From Rhynchobatus australiae (taxonomy: Eukaryota), in NCBI GenBank assembly GCA_034780895.1, contig JAUZTB010000065.1, positions 21,348,545 to 21,412,544 on the forward strand: 64,000 nt of DNA, given 5' to 3'. This document shows, in pieces, positions 38,782-51,740 of the stretch; the first letter of the stretch is position 1; each line of letters starts with the position of its first letter. The translations under genes were made by a program, and so were the position numbers. The notes beneath the pieces were generated by a model. That model was not told the origin of the DNA and searched no databases. It saw nothing but the letters and a program-made list of their open reading frames with translations.

Positions 38782-40489
38782 TCTCAATAAACAGTTGTAG
38801 TGACAAACAGCGTAGAGAAAAGGCCCTTCATCCATCAAAGCTCTTTTTCACACATCTTGTGAGCTCTTGAAATTACTTTCTACTTTGATTCGTATCTTGC
38901 ATTGTCTCCCACTTGGAAGTCAGTCTGCTGTCACCTCCTGCCAAATGCAGCTGACCAGAACTCAAGTCAGCCTCCCAGCCACACAATTCAATGGAGATTT
39001 TATTAGGCTGCATCACCTAGAAACAAAACATATCTGCATTTGTTCCATTAAAGTCATTATTAAAAATTGTAATCCTTAGGCACCATTTTAAAATGGTGCA
39101 GGGACAAGTGGAGCACTGTTGTAACATTTCTATTTGAGAGCAAGTGATTTTCTAGGCCACTGTATGAGAGCAAGATTTTAGTTCAGTGACTTGCAAATTT
39201 GCTCCCTTAAATGGAAACCTGTAGTCATGTTCTCACTGCTAATATTCAGGCTCTCAGGTTTCTATTTGTTTTAGGAATTTACTTGTTCTGTATTAACAAA
39301 GCCTATACCCCTTTCTTCCCATTACCCATGACAGGCTAGAGAGGGCATCGATGGTGATGGAGCTGAGGGAGATGGAGTAGGGAAGCAGGCAGAAACTGTC
39401 AAATAGTGAAATTGTCCATCTTGCCTTTACATTACCAACAGGACATGTTGTGATTGTATTTGAATGCTGCTTCTACTGTCCACTGTTAGGAGATGGAAAC
39501 TCCAAGGGATAAATGCCCCTTCTTAGGCTCTCTGTGGGCCAGATGCAGCAGGATCACACATCTGGGTTCTGAACATTCTTTGGCCCATCTGATTTCACTC
39601 TTACTGCCTGCACCCAGGTTTCCAGTCATCAATGTCTGCCAACCTTAATCTGCCATTAGCTCTCGTGCCTTCTCCCCCCCCCCCCCCACCACCTCCCATT
39701 TTCCACTACAATATCACTTCTTCCTTCTGTTCCCTGTTGCATTAAGATTCTTGACCTTGCCTCCTCTCAGCACTAATCACCAGACTTGTGGCTGGAGCTT
39801 TCTAGCACTGGTTATCCAGCTTGGCTGCAGGCCAGCCGGTTAATTCGGTGAGCAGCTTGGCAAATAATGCACCCAAGAAATATATTGAGGACCTGCTGCT
39901 TAGGTTATTAGGACTTCCATGTTCTGGTCCTACTCCCTGGCATCTTTTTGGCTTCCCCTTAAGTTTCAGAGCCTGCTTTTTAAAAAGGAAATTAAATTGA
40001 GCAAATTTTATTATTGGCTAAAGTTTTCAGTTATTAAGACAAACAGAATTAAGAAGTTAGATTTGTTAGATAAATACATCATGTACTTTAATTCTGCACC
40101 ATGCAGAGCAGGGCCAGGCTGCTGCTCAGCCCTTGGCCTTCACTACATGTGTTCACTTCAGCTGAGACAATTGTCTTCTGCATAGCTTTGCAAGAAGTCA
40201 TTTTTAAGAGGTTTCCTGGCACTGATCATTTTTCTGTGTCTAGAAATTAAGTGAAGTTTAATTGTTTTGAATGTGATCGAAGTACCTCTGTCACTGAAAT
40301 ATCTTGTTGATATTTATTGTTTAGGTTGAGTGAGGCATTACTGATAGCATGGCAATTGTAGCCTTAGCTTCAGTCACGACAAGCAGAAGAGAGACTAAAG
40401 GAGTTGGGGAGAAGTGCATGGAAGCATTAGTTCTTTTCATATTAGTGAAAATGCTCAATCTATTACCTGTTGAAGCAAGTATAATCAAA

Positions 40490-41020
40490 TAGGTCTTCCT
40501 CAGTTTATGGCAGGGTTCCATTCCTGAGAACTGCTTGTAACTTGAATAGTTTGCAAGTCGGAAATGTGACTGCAAACCAAATTCTCATGTGGCAGAATAT
40601 GCCTGCAGAGCTGGGTTGTCCCATAGGAATAGATAACTTGGAGAAACATTTAAATTCTTGTTTTGCCTTTCCTAATAATAAAGCTAATATTGACAAATTT
40701 AGTCCAAGCCTTTTTTGGGCTAATAATGATATTCCTTTAAAAGATTTTACTGCAGATTGAAGCTTTAAATGCTACTCATTTATGGTTTTACAAAGGACAC
40801 TGCTGCTAGTTTGGGTGGGATGTCTCTACATGGGATTTGCAAAATGGACATCAACGTGTTAACTAGAATGCGTTCTTCTGTGGCAAATTCCAGTATGTGT
40901 TAAGAACGGTCACCTGCAGCCCCGCAGCAGCCAGCAAATCCACCTGACAAATCTCCCAAACGTTCATTTGTGTGTAAGGGCTGTACATGAGTTGGCCATT
41001 CATAACCTGGGGTGGACCTC
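40490..41020. mobile_element. Longer (~530 bp) member of the MITE family at 24059, in opposite orientation
   Basis: Both ends align to the reverse complement of 24059-24279, e.g. CCTGCAGCCCCGCAGCAG.CAGCAAATCC and CATAACCTGGGG.GGACCT. Confidence 0.8.
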
Positions 41021-42819
41021 TAAGTTATTAATGTGCTGCAAGAGACATGTATATCTCAACTTGCAGCATCTAATTTTGAAATCTATAGTAACGTAAAAGT
41101 TATCTCAGTACATTTAGGCCGCCAAAAGGGAACATCTAGGACTGGTATTTCCCATATCATATAGCATAAACTGAAAGCAAACCCAGAGCTTAGGAAACTG
41201 GCAGTGCAAGATTACAGGTCATTGTTGCATTGGTTATGTCCTAGGCGTTTTCATAAAATATATCCAGTAAAGCCTATTATTTTGCATTAGAGCAAGGGAT
41301 AGTTTTCCTATTTTGCTAGCTGCTGTTCACTCTTTCTCATCAGGGTTATCAAATTTTTGTGCTGGTAGTCAACATTGTGGTGTGTCTGATCCTAATCAGA
41401 ATTTCTTCCTGTTTCCTGTGAGAGTCAGCCATTAGTCATAAGGGTTCCCATTTCCTCAAACTCACCACAAAATAAATAGGGTGTCTTACTCACACTGAAG
41501 TATGGGCAGCGATCCAGAGGTTCTTTGCTAGCTCTTTATTGGTATTTCTACTTTCTACATTTGGCACGGAATATATATCCTTTTGCTACATTTGTTTTGG
41601 TTAAAAGAAAAAAAACCTTCACAAAAGAAATGAAATGGTACAATCAGTTTTTTCTCTTCTTTTGAGCATTTATGTGCAAAAGGTAAGAGTTATATGAAAT
41701 AAAAAGTAACAGCTTTTATTATTTTAAAAAAAGTTGGAAAAACTATCTCTTGCCTTTGTGCCAACCCAGAAAACTCACAAAAGTTGAGTGTTATGGGACA
41801 TGAACTTCTTATAACTAAAGCCACATGTGTATCCTTTATGGCACCATTTGTATGATAGGTAAAGCATACAAAAGTGGATTTCTTTTTGTAATGGCAAATT
41901 GAGAAATGACTGAACTGAACATTAATACAGAACATAGTAAATGCATTTCCTAGAGGAACCTGGGACACACTAACCCGTTAAATTAATTGAAAACTCTTGA
42001 ACATTCTACTTAAGTGTCCTTGGATCCTATTGTTAATATTTGGAGTAGCACTTTGTTATTGCAACTTCTAGATCTGAGGTATTTAATCTGTTTGCATTAG
42101 CACAACAATTTTTAGCTCGTCAGTGGAAGCAGTAATCCACATGAGCTTTTATAAGAAAAACTAGATTTTAAAGTCAAGGAACATGGACCCATGCACTGCA
42201 AAGAACTGTATTTGTATCTGTCATGTAACTTAGCCTTCCATGTGTCTGTTAGTATTTGACTGCCATTCCTGCCACATGCCCTCTTCTTCTACTTCCCTTT
42301 TTTTATAAACCTTTTATCATCCATCATCTTGCCTTCTTTTCACTGTTGTCCATTCTGCAATCACAAGCCCGATGACTCCTTCAGCACTAGCTTTTCTGCA
42401 AACTTTCTAGCATTTAGCATCTTGATGGATTATCCTTCAGCTTCTCTCTGTGCTGTTCTTGGCATAGCCTGATAGGAACAGTGATGTGTATGGCTGCTTC
42501 TTAGCAAGCAGCAATCCTAATTGTCTCATTTTATTTCTTCCTTGTATCTCCTATCCTGCCTGTCTACTGGGAGCAAAACTTGCCAGCCTCTGTCTTCACT
42601 TACTGCTACAGTCTCCTAGTGATCAAACACAGAATCACTGCCCAGCTCGACATTTTGTCTCTGGAGTACATATTCTTGTCAACAAGGCCATTAGCATATG
42701 CATTAGCGTATTACATTGATCACATTTGCTTTTAGGCCTTAAAGTCTTGCCGAACCATCAGGATTTCCAAATAGTTGGATAGCAGATGATAGGAGTTATA
42801 TTGTAGTCTGCACAGATGA

Positions 42820-43043
42820 TAAAGCACCATTTACACTAATTCCACTTTTAACATGCCCATGTCCCATCAACTGCCCCTGCAGATTCTATATGTAACCATA
42901 CATTAGGGGCAATTTGCAGTGGCCAGCATGTATGTCTTTGAGAGAGTGTGCAAACTCCAAATAAACGGCACTGAATCAGGATTGATCCCAGGTTTCTGGA
43001 ACCATGAGGCAGCGGCTCTACTAGCTGTGGTACTGTGCCGCCC
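42820..43043 (-). mobile_element. HE1/V-SINE-type tRNA-derived SINE, internally deleted
   Basis: Minus-strand head GGGCGGCACAGTACCACAGCTAGTAGAGCCGCTGCCTCA...CCTGGGATCAATCCTG (box A/B-like), followed by a V-domain. Confidence 0.8.
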
Positions 43044-43354
43044 AGTCTTGGCTATGCTTTGACTCATTTAACCTGTTCAAATGACTGTGTTGATGCTATA
43101 ATCCTCATCTTTAACTTTTGCTCTTGGACCTTCTTACTCTAGCAATGCCTCTTTTGAGCATTTTGCCAATTATGTTAAGTTTCCTTGTTCTTTAGTGTTC
43201 ACCCAAAAATGATCCGTTTTTTTTTGTGAGAATCTTCTTATCTCTCCCTCCCCCAACTGCTGGTCTGAGTGACTTTTTTATTCAAAGACATTTGCCTTCA
43301 TCTTTCTCTCTCATTCTCCCATCACCTTGTTTGTTTCCTCTCACTCTTGGTTGA

Positions 43355-43470
43355 AAATCACAAAAAACTGCAGAAACCTTCAGGCTGAAAGTGTTTGACC
43401 GGAAATATTAACTGTTTCTTTTTCATGTCAGATGCAGCCTGACCTGCTGAGTGTTTCCAGTATTTTTTTT
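43355..43470. repeat. Degenerate relative of the palindromic repeat family
   Basis: CAGATGCAGCCTGACCTGCTGAGTGTTTCCAGTATTTT arm. Confidence 0.6.
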
Positions 43471-44499
43471 TATCTCTTTAAATAAACTCTATGCCCCAGA
43501 AAGTTGTCTGCAATACAGAAAAAAAATATTGCTATGCAGTTAAAAATGATTTAGTCTGGAGTAGAGCAATTTTGTGCTCATTGCTGGCATTAGATTCTGT
43601 AGGGAAAACTTGCCTCCTGACTTTTTGGCAAGGCCTTTTTATCCAAGTTTCTTTATGTCCAGTTGAAAATCCCGCAAATGGCATCAACAGTTCAACACAC
43701 ACAAGTGATCCACAATCAGATTTTCAACCCTGCTGGTTTGAAAATGACAACTCTATTTATTTGCAGAAAATTTATCTTTTTTGACATTCTTTAACCTGAA
43801 ACTCTGCCATCTAGTCTTTTGTGTATCTTTATTGCTTTGTCTTTGAAGTTCAGGCTGGAGGTTACCCTTAGTTTCCTAGCCTCAGAATCATTTCATTCTA
43901 CTGCTGCTATTCTTTGCCACATCTCAGTTCTCTGCTTGTATCAAGGTCGCCTAAATTCCATACTCAAGGAGCAATGTCCAGCAATTTTTCTTCTAACCAG
44001 GAAAACCAGCCATTTGGGGACTTGACTGCTGTCCTTACAGAATCCCTTTGCCAGTTTCTTGCCAGGAGTGGCTGGCTGTAGCCCTGGAAGATCTGCTCTC
44101 TCAGTCTGGTTGAGTAAAGAGTATTCTTTTGGTGTATACACTAGTAAATCTTGGAGGTATTCTTACTGAAGAGATCTGAATGGTTGCCTGTCCACTGGTG
44201 GAGATAGAACCTGAGGATATAGAAGAGCCTACATCAGCAGTGTTGTTCTATGATGGCGAGAAACAAGCTGCAGCCAATGGGAGTTAACAGGGGACCTATT
44301 TTCAGGAGGTATTGTGTCCCTGAAGATACAGACTGAAGCTTAACTTCTTTGATCTTTATGAGGAACACAGATTGACAATGTAAGGTTAGATAGAGTCATA
44401 GGGTCGTGTAGTTTTGGAAGCAGACCTTTCGGCTCACAGTCTGCATCAGTCGTCAAGCACCAATTTACACTAATCTGACACAGAAGAGCTGCTGGATGA

Positions 44500-45680
44500 C
44501 CTGAAAAAGGACTTATTAAAGGACAGCAGGAAAAGACCAGGAGATTACAGGCCTGTGGATCTAACATCTGTGGTAGGAGAGTTGTTGGAAAAAAAGTTCC
44601 AAGGGACAGGATTAATATGCACTTGGAAAGGCAGGGTTTAGTCAAAGATAGTGAGCATGGCTTTGTTTAGGAGAGATCCTGTCTGACCAGTTTTATTGAA
44701 CTTTACGAAGAGATAACAAAATATATTGATGATTACAGTATGGTTGATGTGGTTTACATGGACTTCAATAAGGCCCTTGACCAGGTCCCACGTGGAAACT
44801 GCTCCAAGAGATGGGATCCAAGGCAAATTCGATCCTAATTTGGTTTAGTAATAAGAGATGGAGGGTGATGATGGAGGGTTGTTTTTGTGATTAAAGGCCA
44901 TATGACCATTGGAAAAACACAGGAATTGGGGCAGGGACTCTTAGTGTTTGTTATATATGTTAAGGATTTGGATATTAATGTAGAAGCTATGATAGGTAGG
45001 TTTGCATATGACATGAAAATTGATAGTGAGGAGGATAGTCTTGGGTACAGAATGATTTTGATCAGTTGATAAGATGGGCAGAGCAATGGCAGATTGAATT
45101 CAATCCCAGTAACTGCAAGGTAGATGTACTTTGGGAGGAGTAATAGAGTAGCACAATGACTGATGGGGCCCTAGGGAGTATTGAGGAGCAGGTGGACTTT
45201 GGTGTACAAATCTTGCCAATCCAGTTGATGAAGAAAGCATATGGAATACTTGCTTTCATTGGCTGAGATGTAGAATACAAGGGTAGGGAGGTTAGGGTAC
45301 ATCTTTATAAAACATTTATTAGGCCAAGCTTGAGTGCTAGATGCAGTTCTGGTTGCCACACTGTAAATAGGACATGATTTTACTGGGATGTTGTCTGGGA
45401 TGGGGGTTTCACTTTGGAGGAGAGACTGGATAGCTGGATTTGTATTTCCTTGGAACGGAGAAAGTTGAGAGGGTACCTGGTGGATATATACAAAATAGTG
45501 AGGAGCATAGATAGTAGGAAACATTTCTGCATCGCAGAGATGCCTATAACAAGAGGGCAGAGGTTTAGAGATGATCTGAGGAAGATTTTTCCATCATCCA
45601 GAATGTGATTGTAATTGTATCCTTCATCATTGGCGTGGACGTGGTGGGCTGAAGAGCCTGTTTCTGTGCATTTTGTATTG
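44500..45680 (+). mobile_element. Decayed CR1 LINE, RT to 3' end
   Basis: KTRRLQACG/NYRP-like segment, QHGF-like EHGFV, VDVVYMDFNKALDQVP, RFAYD, ERRKLRGYLVDIYKIVR, and the tail GGGCTGAAGAGCCTGTTTCTGTGC. Confidence 0.88.
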
Positions 45681-47174
45681 TGAAACTTGGAGGTAAAATT
45701 ATAATTAGGTGGCTATATTGAAAGTTTCTCAGGTGTTCAAATTTGTTCTTCAACCATTCACACTTGTGTACCTTCCCCCCTCCTGGAATATTATCAGGGC
45801 CAATAATGCAAGAAGGCAAAGTAGGCCTAACCAACACGTTTGTTTGTTCCGTGCATTGTTTTTCTTGTGGAATTATGAATGTTTTGATTAAGTCATCATT
45901 GATCACACTTGGCAGTTTGTTCAGTAAATTTAATCTTGATTTCTGGACCACAAGCCACAATCAAATAGTTTTAATAGTCTCAGTCCTACCAAACAATGGA
46001 TTATTTATTTATTATGTGTTACGTGCCCTTCAAATGAGCAAGGCTTATTAGTGGATCAGTAATGTGTTTTCTGCTCTTTTTGGCAGAGCAGACATTAGAG
46101 CTTTGGTGCAACCTAGCATCTTGCCTGTAAACAGAAAAAAACTTTGTCTTTCATGTTTTTATTTCTCTGCTTGCTGCTTTTGTTTCCCTAATGTGAGTAC
46201 CACAGCCTCAAGCAGACATCTGTCACAGCCTTAATGGAGACTGTTTCTGAGCGCAGGTGTACAATGTAATTGCTCTAAAATTCTGTACTGCTGACTGTAA
46301 GCCAAAAGCATCCTTGTTTTCAGTTGTACAGCTTGTTTTATAATGATGCTGTATTTAAGGAAAATTATTTGACCTCATTTGCATACAAGAAACTTATTAT
46401 TTTAAATGTCAATTATTAAATGTCATACGCTACATTACAACACAGGTTCAATTAGACAGCAGTGCTCCAATACAGCGCTTACTTGAGTTCTTGTTTCTAT
46501 GGATATAAAAGGATAACTTGCTTCTCCATCNNNNNNNNNNNNNNNNNNNNNNNNNNNNNNNNNNNNNNNNNNNNNNNNNNNNNNNNNNNNNNNNNNNNNN
46601 NNNNNNNNNNNNNNNNNNNNNNNNNNNNNNNNNNNNNNNNNNNNNNNNNNNNNNNNNNNNNNNNNNNNNNNNNNNNNNNNNNNNNNNNNNNNNNNNNNNN
46701 NNNNNNNNNNNNNNNNNNNAGATTTAGAACCAGGGAGAAAATCTCTTAATGTTGCTTCACTATACTGTGAGTTGCACATAACGTATCCCTCCTGTGGAAA
46801 GTTTTAGGTGAATTCTATGTACATTTTCAATAGGAGAGAAACTTAATGAAACCACATGCTAGAGGTGCCATTATGCACCTTCCATCAACTGGCAAGGTAT
46901 GTGTTTGCAGTACACCAGGCAGTTGTCCATCAGCTTTCTTTCCTTGGTTTTTGTTGTCCTTGCACTTAGTCTAGAGAGAACCAAGAGATGCAGCTTTCTA
47001 ACTGAAACTCTTGCAAAATAATTTATTGCAATGAAACAGTGAAGCCTCCATTATTCTTTATGCTCCATCAATCTCTACTTAAAGTAACATACACTACCAG
47101 GGAATTATTCTCGTCAATGTTACATGATTAAAGTCATGTTTACTTTGAATACAGCAAAAGGTGTGCAGTAGGCA

Positions 47175-47510
47175 AAATAGAGTCATGGATTAATGCAGCA
47201 TCTCAATGTGCCCTTCAGCCCAGCTGGTCCATGTGGACTCAGATGCCCATCCAAGCTAGTCCCATTTGCCCACATTTGGCCAATATCCTTCTAAACCATT
47301 TCTATCCACGTACCTGTCCAAGTGTCTTTCAAAAGTAGTTATTGTACCTGCCTCAATCACTTCCTCTGGCAGCTCATGTTGACCACACTCTGTGTAAAAA
47401 CAGAAGTTCCTATTAAATCTTCCCCCCTCACCTTAAACCTATGCCTTCTAGTTCTTGATTCCCCAATCCTAGGAAAAAGATTGAGTGCATTCACCCTATC
47501 AATTGCCTCT
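47175..47510 (-). mobile_element. CR1 LINE 3' end
   Basis: CTAGTCCCATTTGCCCACATTTGGCCAATATCC...CCCCCTCACCTTAAACCTATGCC is the reverse complement of the CR1 tail seen elsewhere in the window. Confidence 0.8.
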
Positions 47511-48411
47511 CATGGATGTTTCAAATTAAGGTTCTTATGCATAACCTCCTGCTGGTAAACTGTTGGGAGTAAAATGTTCCTACAGGTATACAGTATTCTG
47601 TTAACCAGGTGTTTGTGAAGAAACTTGAGCATTCTTCCAGTATTTTAATGCTGATGCTGTTGAGCCAATAGATTGGGTGCTTATGGGGAAAAATCTGTAT
47701 GCAGCATATTTCATTGTATCTCCTTGTTTAACAAAAAATGTGGCATTGAACCAAGTTTTCCGTCTCACATAAGTGGTGANNNNNNNNNNATAGCTTGTCA
47801 TTGAATGGAACAACAATTGCTGACGGTAAATTGCAGAAAGTGTCTGTCCAAATTCACACAAAAACCTCCCAATGAGTCACCTGGGAGTGTAGTTTCTATA
47901 AAATTATCCTTTTATTAAATGTTTTTATTAAATAATGGTGATGGGTTACTTAGTAAAACAGAGGGCATGTATTAAGCAGCAGGATTTTAATTTTATGTTT
48001 AGTTTCAATGTAATTGAATCCCCTGCTAATTACTTTAAATGTACATCCAGCAATTAAGCATGTGTAAATTATTGAACAGAACAGTAGGAATGTGTAAAGC
48101 ACTCCAAATGAGAGGTGTTTTGTTCTATGGAAATGAACAGAAATGCATGTAAATACTCAAGTAAATTCTTAATTTTCATGTTTAAGTCTCTTACAGGACA
48201 ATCTAGATTGCATTTATCTTAAGATTCCATTATTTATTAATACTTGTCATCTAGTGTTTTCATGTTTTATTATTTTTCCTTTATTGTCAGCATAATGCTA
48301 GGGACTTAGAAATTTATTTCATACTCATGAGATTATCAAATTGTAGGAACATTTTATATATTGATTGTTATTTGGAAATATTTTAATATGGTTTTGTTGG
48401 GCTATGATTCA

Positions 48412-48674
48412 CACTAGTGTAGCGGTTAGTGTAACGCTATTACAGCGCCAGCGACCTGGGTTCAATTCTGGCCACTGTCTGGAGGAGTTTGGACATTCTC
48501 CCTGTGTCTGTGTGGGTTTTCCTCTGGCTGCTCCAGTTTCCTCCCATATTCCAAAGACGTATGGGTTAGGAAGTTGTGGGCATGCTTTGTTGGCGCTGGA
48601 AGTGTGGTGACACTTGTGGGCTGCCCCCAGAACACTACGCAAAAGATGCATTTCACTGTGTGTTTCGATGTACA
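48412..48674 (+). mobile_element. tRNA-derived V-SINE
   Basis: Box A-like TAGTGTAGCGG, box B GGTTCAATTC, then the V-domain GAGTTTGGACATTCTCCCTGTGTCTGTGTGGGTTTTCC...GTTTCCTCCCATATTCCAAAGAC. Confidence 0.85.
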
Positions 48675-51077
48675 NNNNNNNNNNNNNNNNNNNNNNNNNN
48701 NNNNNNNNNNNNNNNNNNNNNNNNNNNNNNNNNNNNNNNNNNNNNNNNNNNNNNNNNNNNNNNNNNNNNNNNNNNNNNNNNNNNNNNNNNNNNNNNNNNN
48801 NNNNNNNNNNNNNNNNNNNNNNNNNNNNNNNNNNNNNNNNNNNNNNNNNNNNNNNNNNNNNNNNNNNNNNNNNNNNNNNNNNNNNNNNNNNNNNNNNNNN
48901 NNNNNNNNNNNNNNNNNNNNNNNNNNNNNNNNNNNNNNNNNNNNNNNNNNNNNNNNNNNNNNNNNNNNNNNNNNNNNNNNNNNNNNNNNNNNNNNNNNNN
49001 NNNNNNNNNNNNNNNNNNNNNNNNNNNNNNNNNNNNNNNNNNNNNNNNNNNNNNNNNNNNNNNNNNNNNNNNNNNNNNNNNNNNNNNNNNNNNNNNNNNN
49101 NNNNNNNNNNNNNNNNNNGATTCCCCCTGTGCCCCATACTTACTTGGTTCAGTTCGAGGGAGTGAACTTCCTGACTGCAAGTGTCTTGGACTCCATGGTG
49201 CCAGAAGCTTAAGGTACATGTATGTGGCCCAGTACAATTTCTGCCCATGGAATTCCTGACAAAGCATTTGACAGATGGCAGGGTCATGCCCCCTACTCTA
49301 CTATCAAGCCTTTGAAATGCTTCTGAATGTTCCTGAATGAATCATTCAAAAACAATTAATTAAATCATTAAAATTAAGTTATTGTAAATAAATAAAATTA
49401 CTTGAAATTATACCAAGCACTATTTTGCAGTAATGCTTTTAATTATTTGAAAAAATGTAACTTGCATTTTCCTTGCCCATCTTCCTCACGGCTGTACAGT
49501 CTCTATTGAAATAAATGGGATAGGTGATCCGGTATCAGATCTAACTTGGTGCAGAGTCCCAAAGCAGATTCTTCAGTGTAAGTACTGGAGAACCTCCGCA
49601 AGCTCCTGCAGTCTATTTGGTGGAGCATATTGACAGATTTGTCTGCTAGAATCTATCAGCAGGTTCAGAGCTCCCAACTTTGGGTGGGCTTGTGCTGAAA
49701 GTACTGAACTACTTGCCTTTTTGGAGAAACTGCCAGCATCTCCCAGCAAGATTCAATCCATTTAGATTCTCATACAGGAGCAAAATTAAAAGAGGAAGAA
49801 GATGTACATATATCATAATGTTTGGGGCGAATTTCAAAATGCATATTACTAAGGAAACAAAAGGGGGAAGTGGTAAGAACAGGAAAAGTGAAAGATAAAA
49901 TTAAATATTGTGGTTTTGTGTTAGTTTCCTTGTGGTTTAATGGATTTGAGCTTTGCTTCAGGTGAAAGGTGATCATGGTCTTGATTTATACCTGGGGCAT
50001 TGCAGGTAGCTTCCCTCTGTCCAGACACTGGCTGCAGAATAGCCTAATTCCTGCATTGTTCTTGTGCTGTTTTGAAAATAAAATAGAATTCTGATAGCTT
50101 CTCCAGTGCTTTTTGCAATTGTCTTATCACCTGCTGTTGTAAATTGTTCTGTCCAATACTTCTGTCTCAGAAATTGAAACAATAATTTTGTATCATTCTA
50201 GAAATGTGGCCAAGCACNNNNNNNNNNNNNNNNATATTTTGAGTGCTCATGAAATTATTGTTAAACCTGCCATACCTTTTCATATTTGGATTATTGATGC
50301 TATATCACTTAATAACTGGTAGTTTCTTCTCAGTAGTTTGAACATATTCATTAGAAGCATCAGGGTTCCATGATTTAGTTCTAATTTGCAAAATGCAGCC
50401 AATTAATTTCCACAGGACTTTTGTTCAGGAGGCAAGTATTTAGTGCACTCCATACTTTATAGTCTACATTAAAATGTTACATTCAGAATTATGTTATACC
50501 TGCCACATTTCTCTTGCCCTTCTTCTGATCTAATGCCATCATTTCACAGGTGACAATTACAACAACCTTTGTAGTGTCCTGACTAAAGTGCCTATTGCAT
50601 CTTCCTCTTCTCGTGCTAGTTCAAGGACTTTCTTGACAGTCATTCATCTTGTTTAACTGATTTTTCACATGGCTTATAAAGCCATTGTTCAGTTATGTCT
50701 ACACTTTAGTGCTCAGGGTCTAATTTTCACATCCAATCAAAGTTGTTACCGCATTAAAGCATTGTACTTAGTTGAACTCTTTTTTTTCTCTCCTTTTGGC
50801 GACAGCAAGACCGGGTCAGAGGAAAACAATATTGCCATGGTGAGCCGGCTTTTAAAAGAGCCACTGTACAAATTCATTTGCAGGTTAGAAATTCTGAATT
50901 GGAACTCATTTAGATTTTCAATGTAATAAATGTTACCAGCTTTTTATATAATACAAAAGCAGTAAAGGAAAGGGGCTTCATTGAATAGGGCTGATCACAC
51001 TTGGAGCAATGCAAAATAACTGTGTTTCAGTGATGCCTATCACATAGGTTTCACACAGAAATAAGCCCTTTGGCCAA

Positions 51078-51740
51078 CCATGTTCATAGTTCCCTGAAAG
51101 TGGCAACACAGGTATGCAGGGTGGTGAAGGAGTTTGGCACTCTTGCTTTCATCGGTCAGAGTATTGAGTACAAGAGGTGGGATGTCATGTTCCAGCTACA
51201 CAAGTCCACATTTGAGTTTTGTGTGCAGTTATGGTCACTGAGCTATAAGAAGGATGTCATTAAGCTGGAAAGGGTGCAGAAAAGATTCACAAGAACATTA
51301 CCAGGACTGAATGGCTTGAGTTACAAGGAGAGACTGGATAGGCTTGGACTGTTTTCTTGAAGAATACGAGGCTGAGGGGTGACCTTAGAGGTTTAGAAAA
51401 TCATGAAAGGGCACAGACAAATTGAACGGTCAGTCTTTTTCCCAGGGTAGAGGAGTCTAAAACTAGAGGGTGTCGATTAAAGGTAACGGGAAAGATTTAA
51501 AAAGGTCCTGAGGGGCAAATTTTTCCAAACAGAGGATGGTGGATATATGGAATGAAGTGCCAGAGGTAGAGGCAGGTACAATTACAATGCNNNNNNNNNN
51601 NNNNNNNNNNNNNNNNNNNNNNNNNNNNNNNNNNNNNNNNNNNNNNNNNNNNNNNNNNNNNNNNNNNNNNNNNNNNNNNNNNNNNNNNNNGAGGAAGCTG
51701 TAGAGGCAGGTACAATTACAATGCTTAAAAGCCTGGATTA
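51078..51740 (+). mobile_element. CR1/HER1 LINE 3' portion
   Basis: VHSSLKVATQV...LAFIGQSIEYK...KLERVQKRFTRTLPGL...RLDRLGLFS in ORF 51070-51360. Confidence 0.9.

Noticed and set aside
48412-48475. tRNA-like box A/B sequence (also at 42975-43043)
   Set aside because: These are SINE heads followed by V-domains, with no full cloverleaf.
48409-49287. Long ORFs of 180-330 aa here and at 57597-58586
   Set aside because: Their length comes from runs of N. The real sequence is SINE or CR1.
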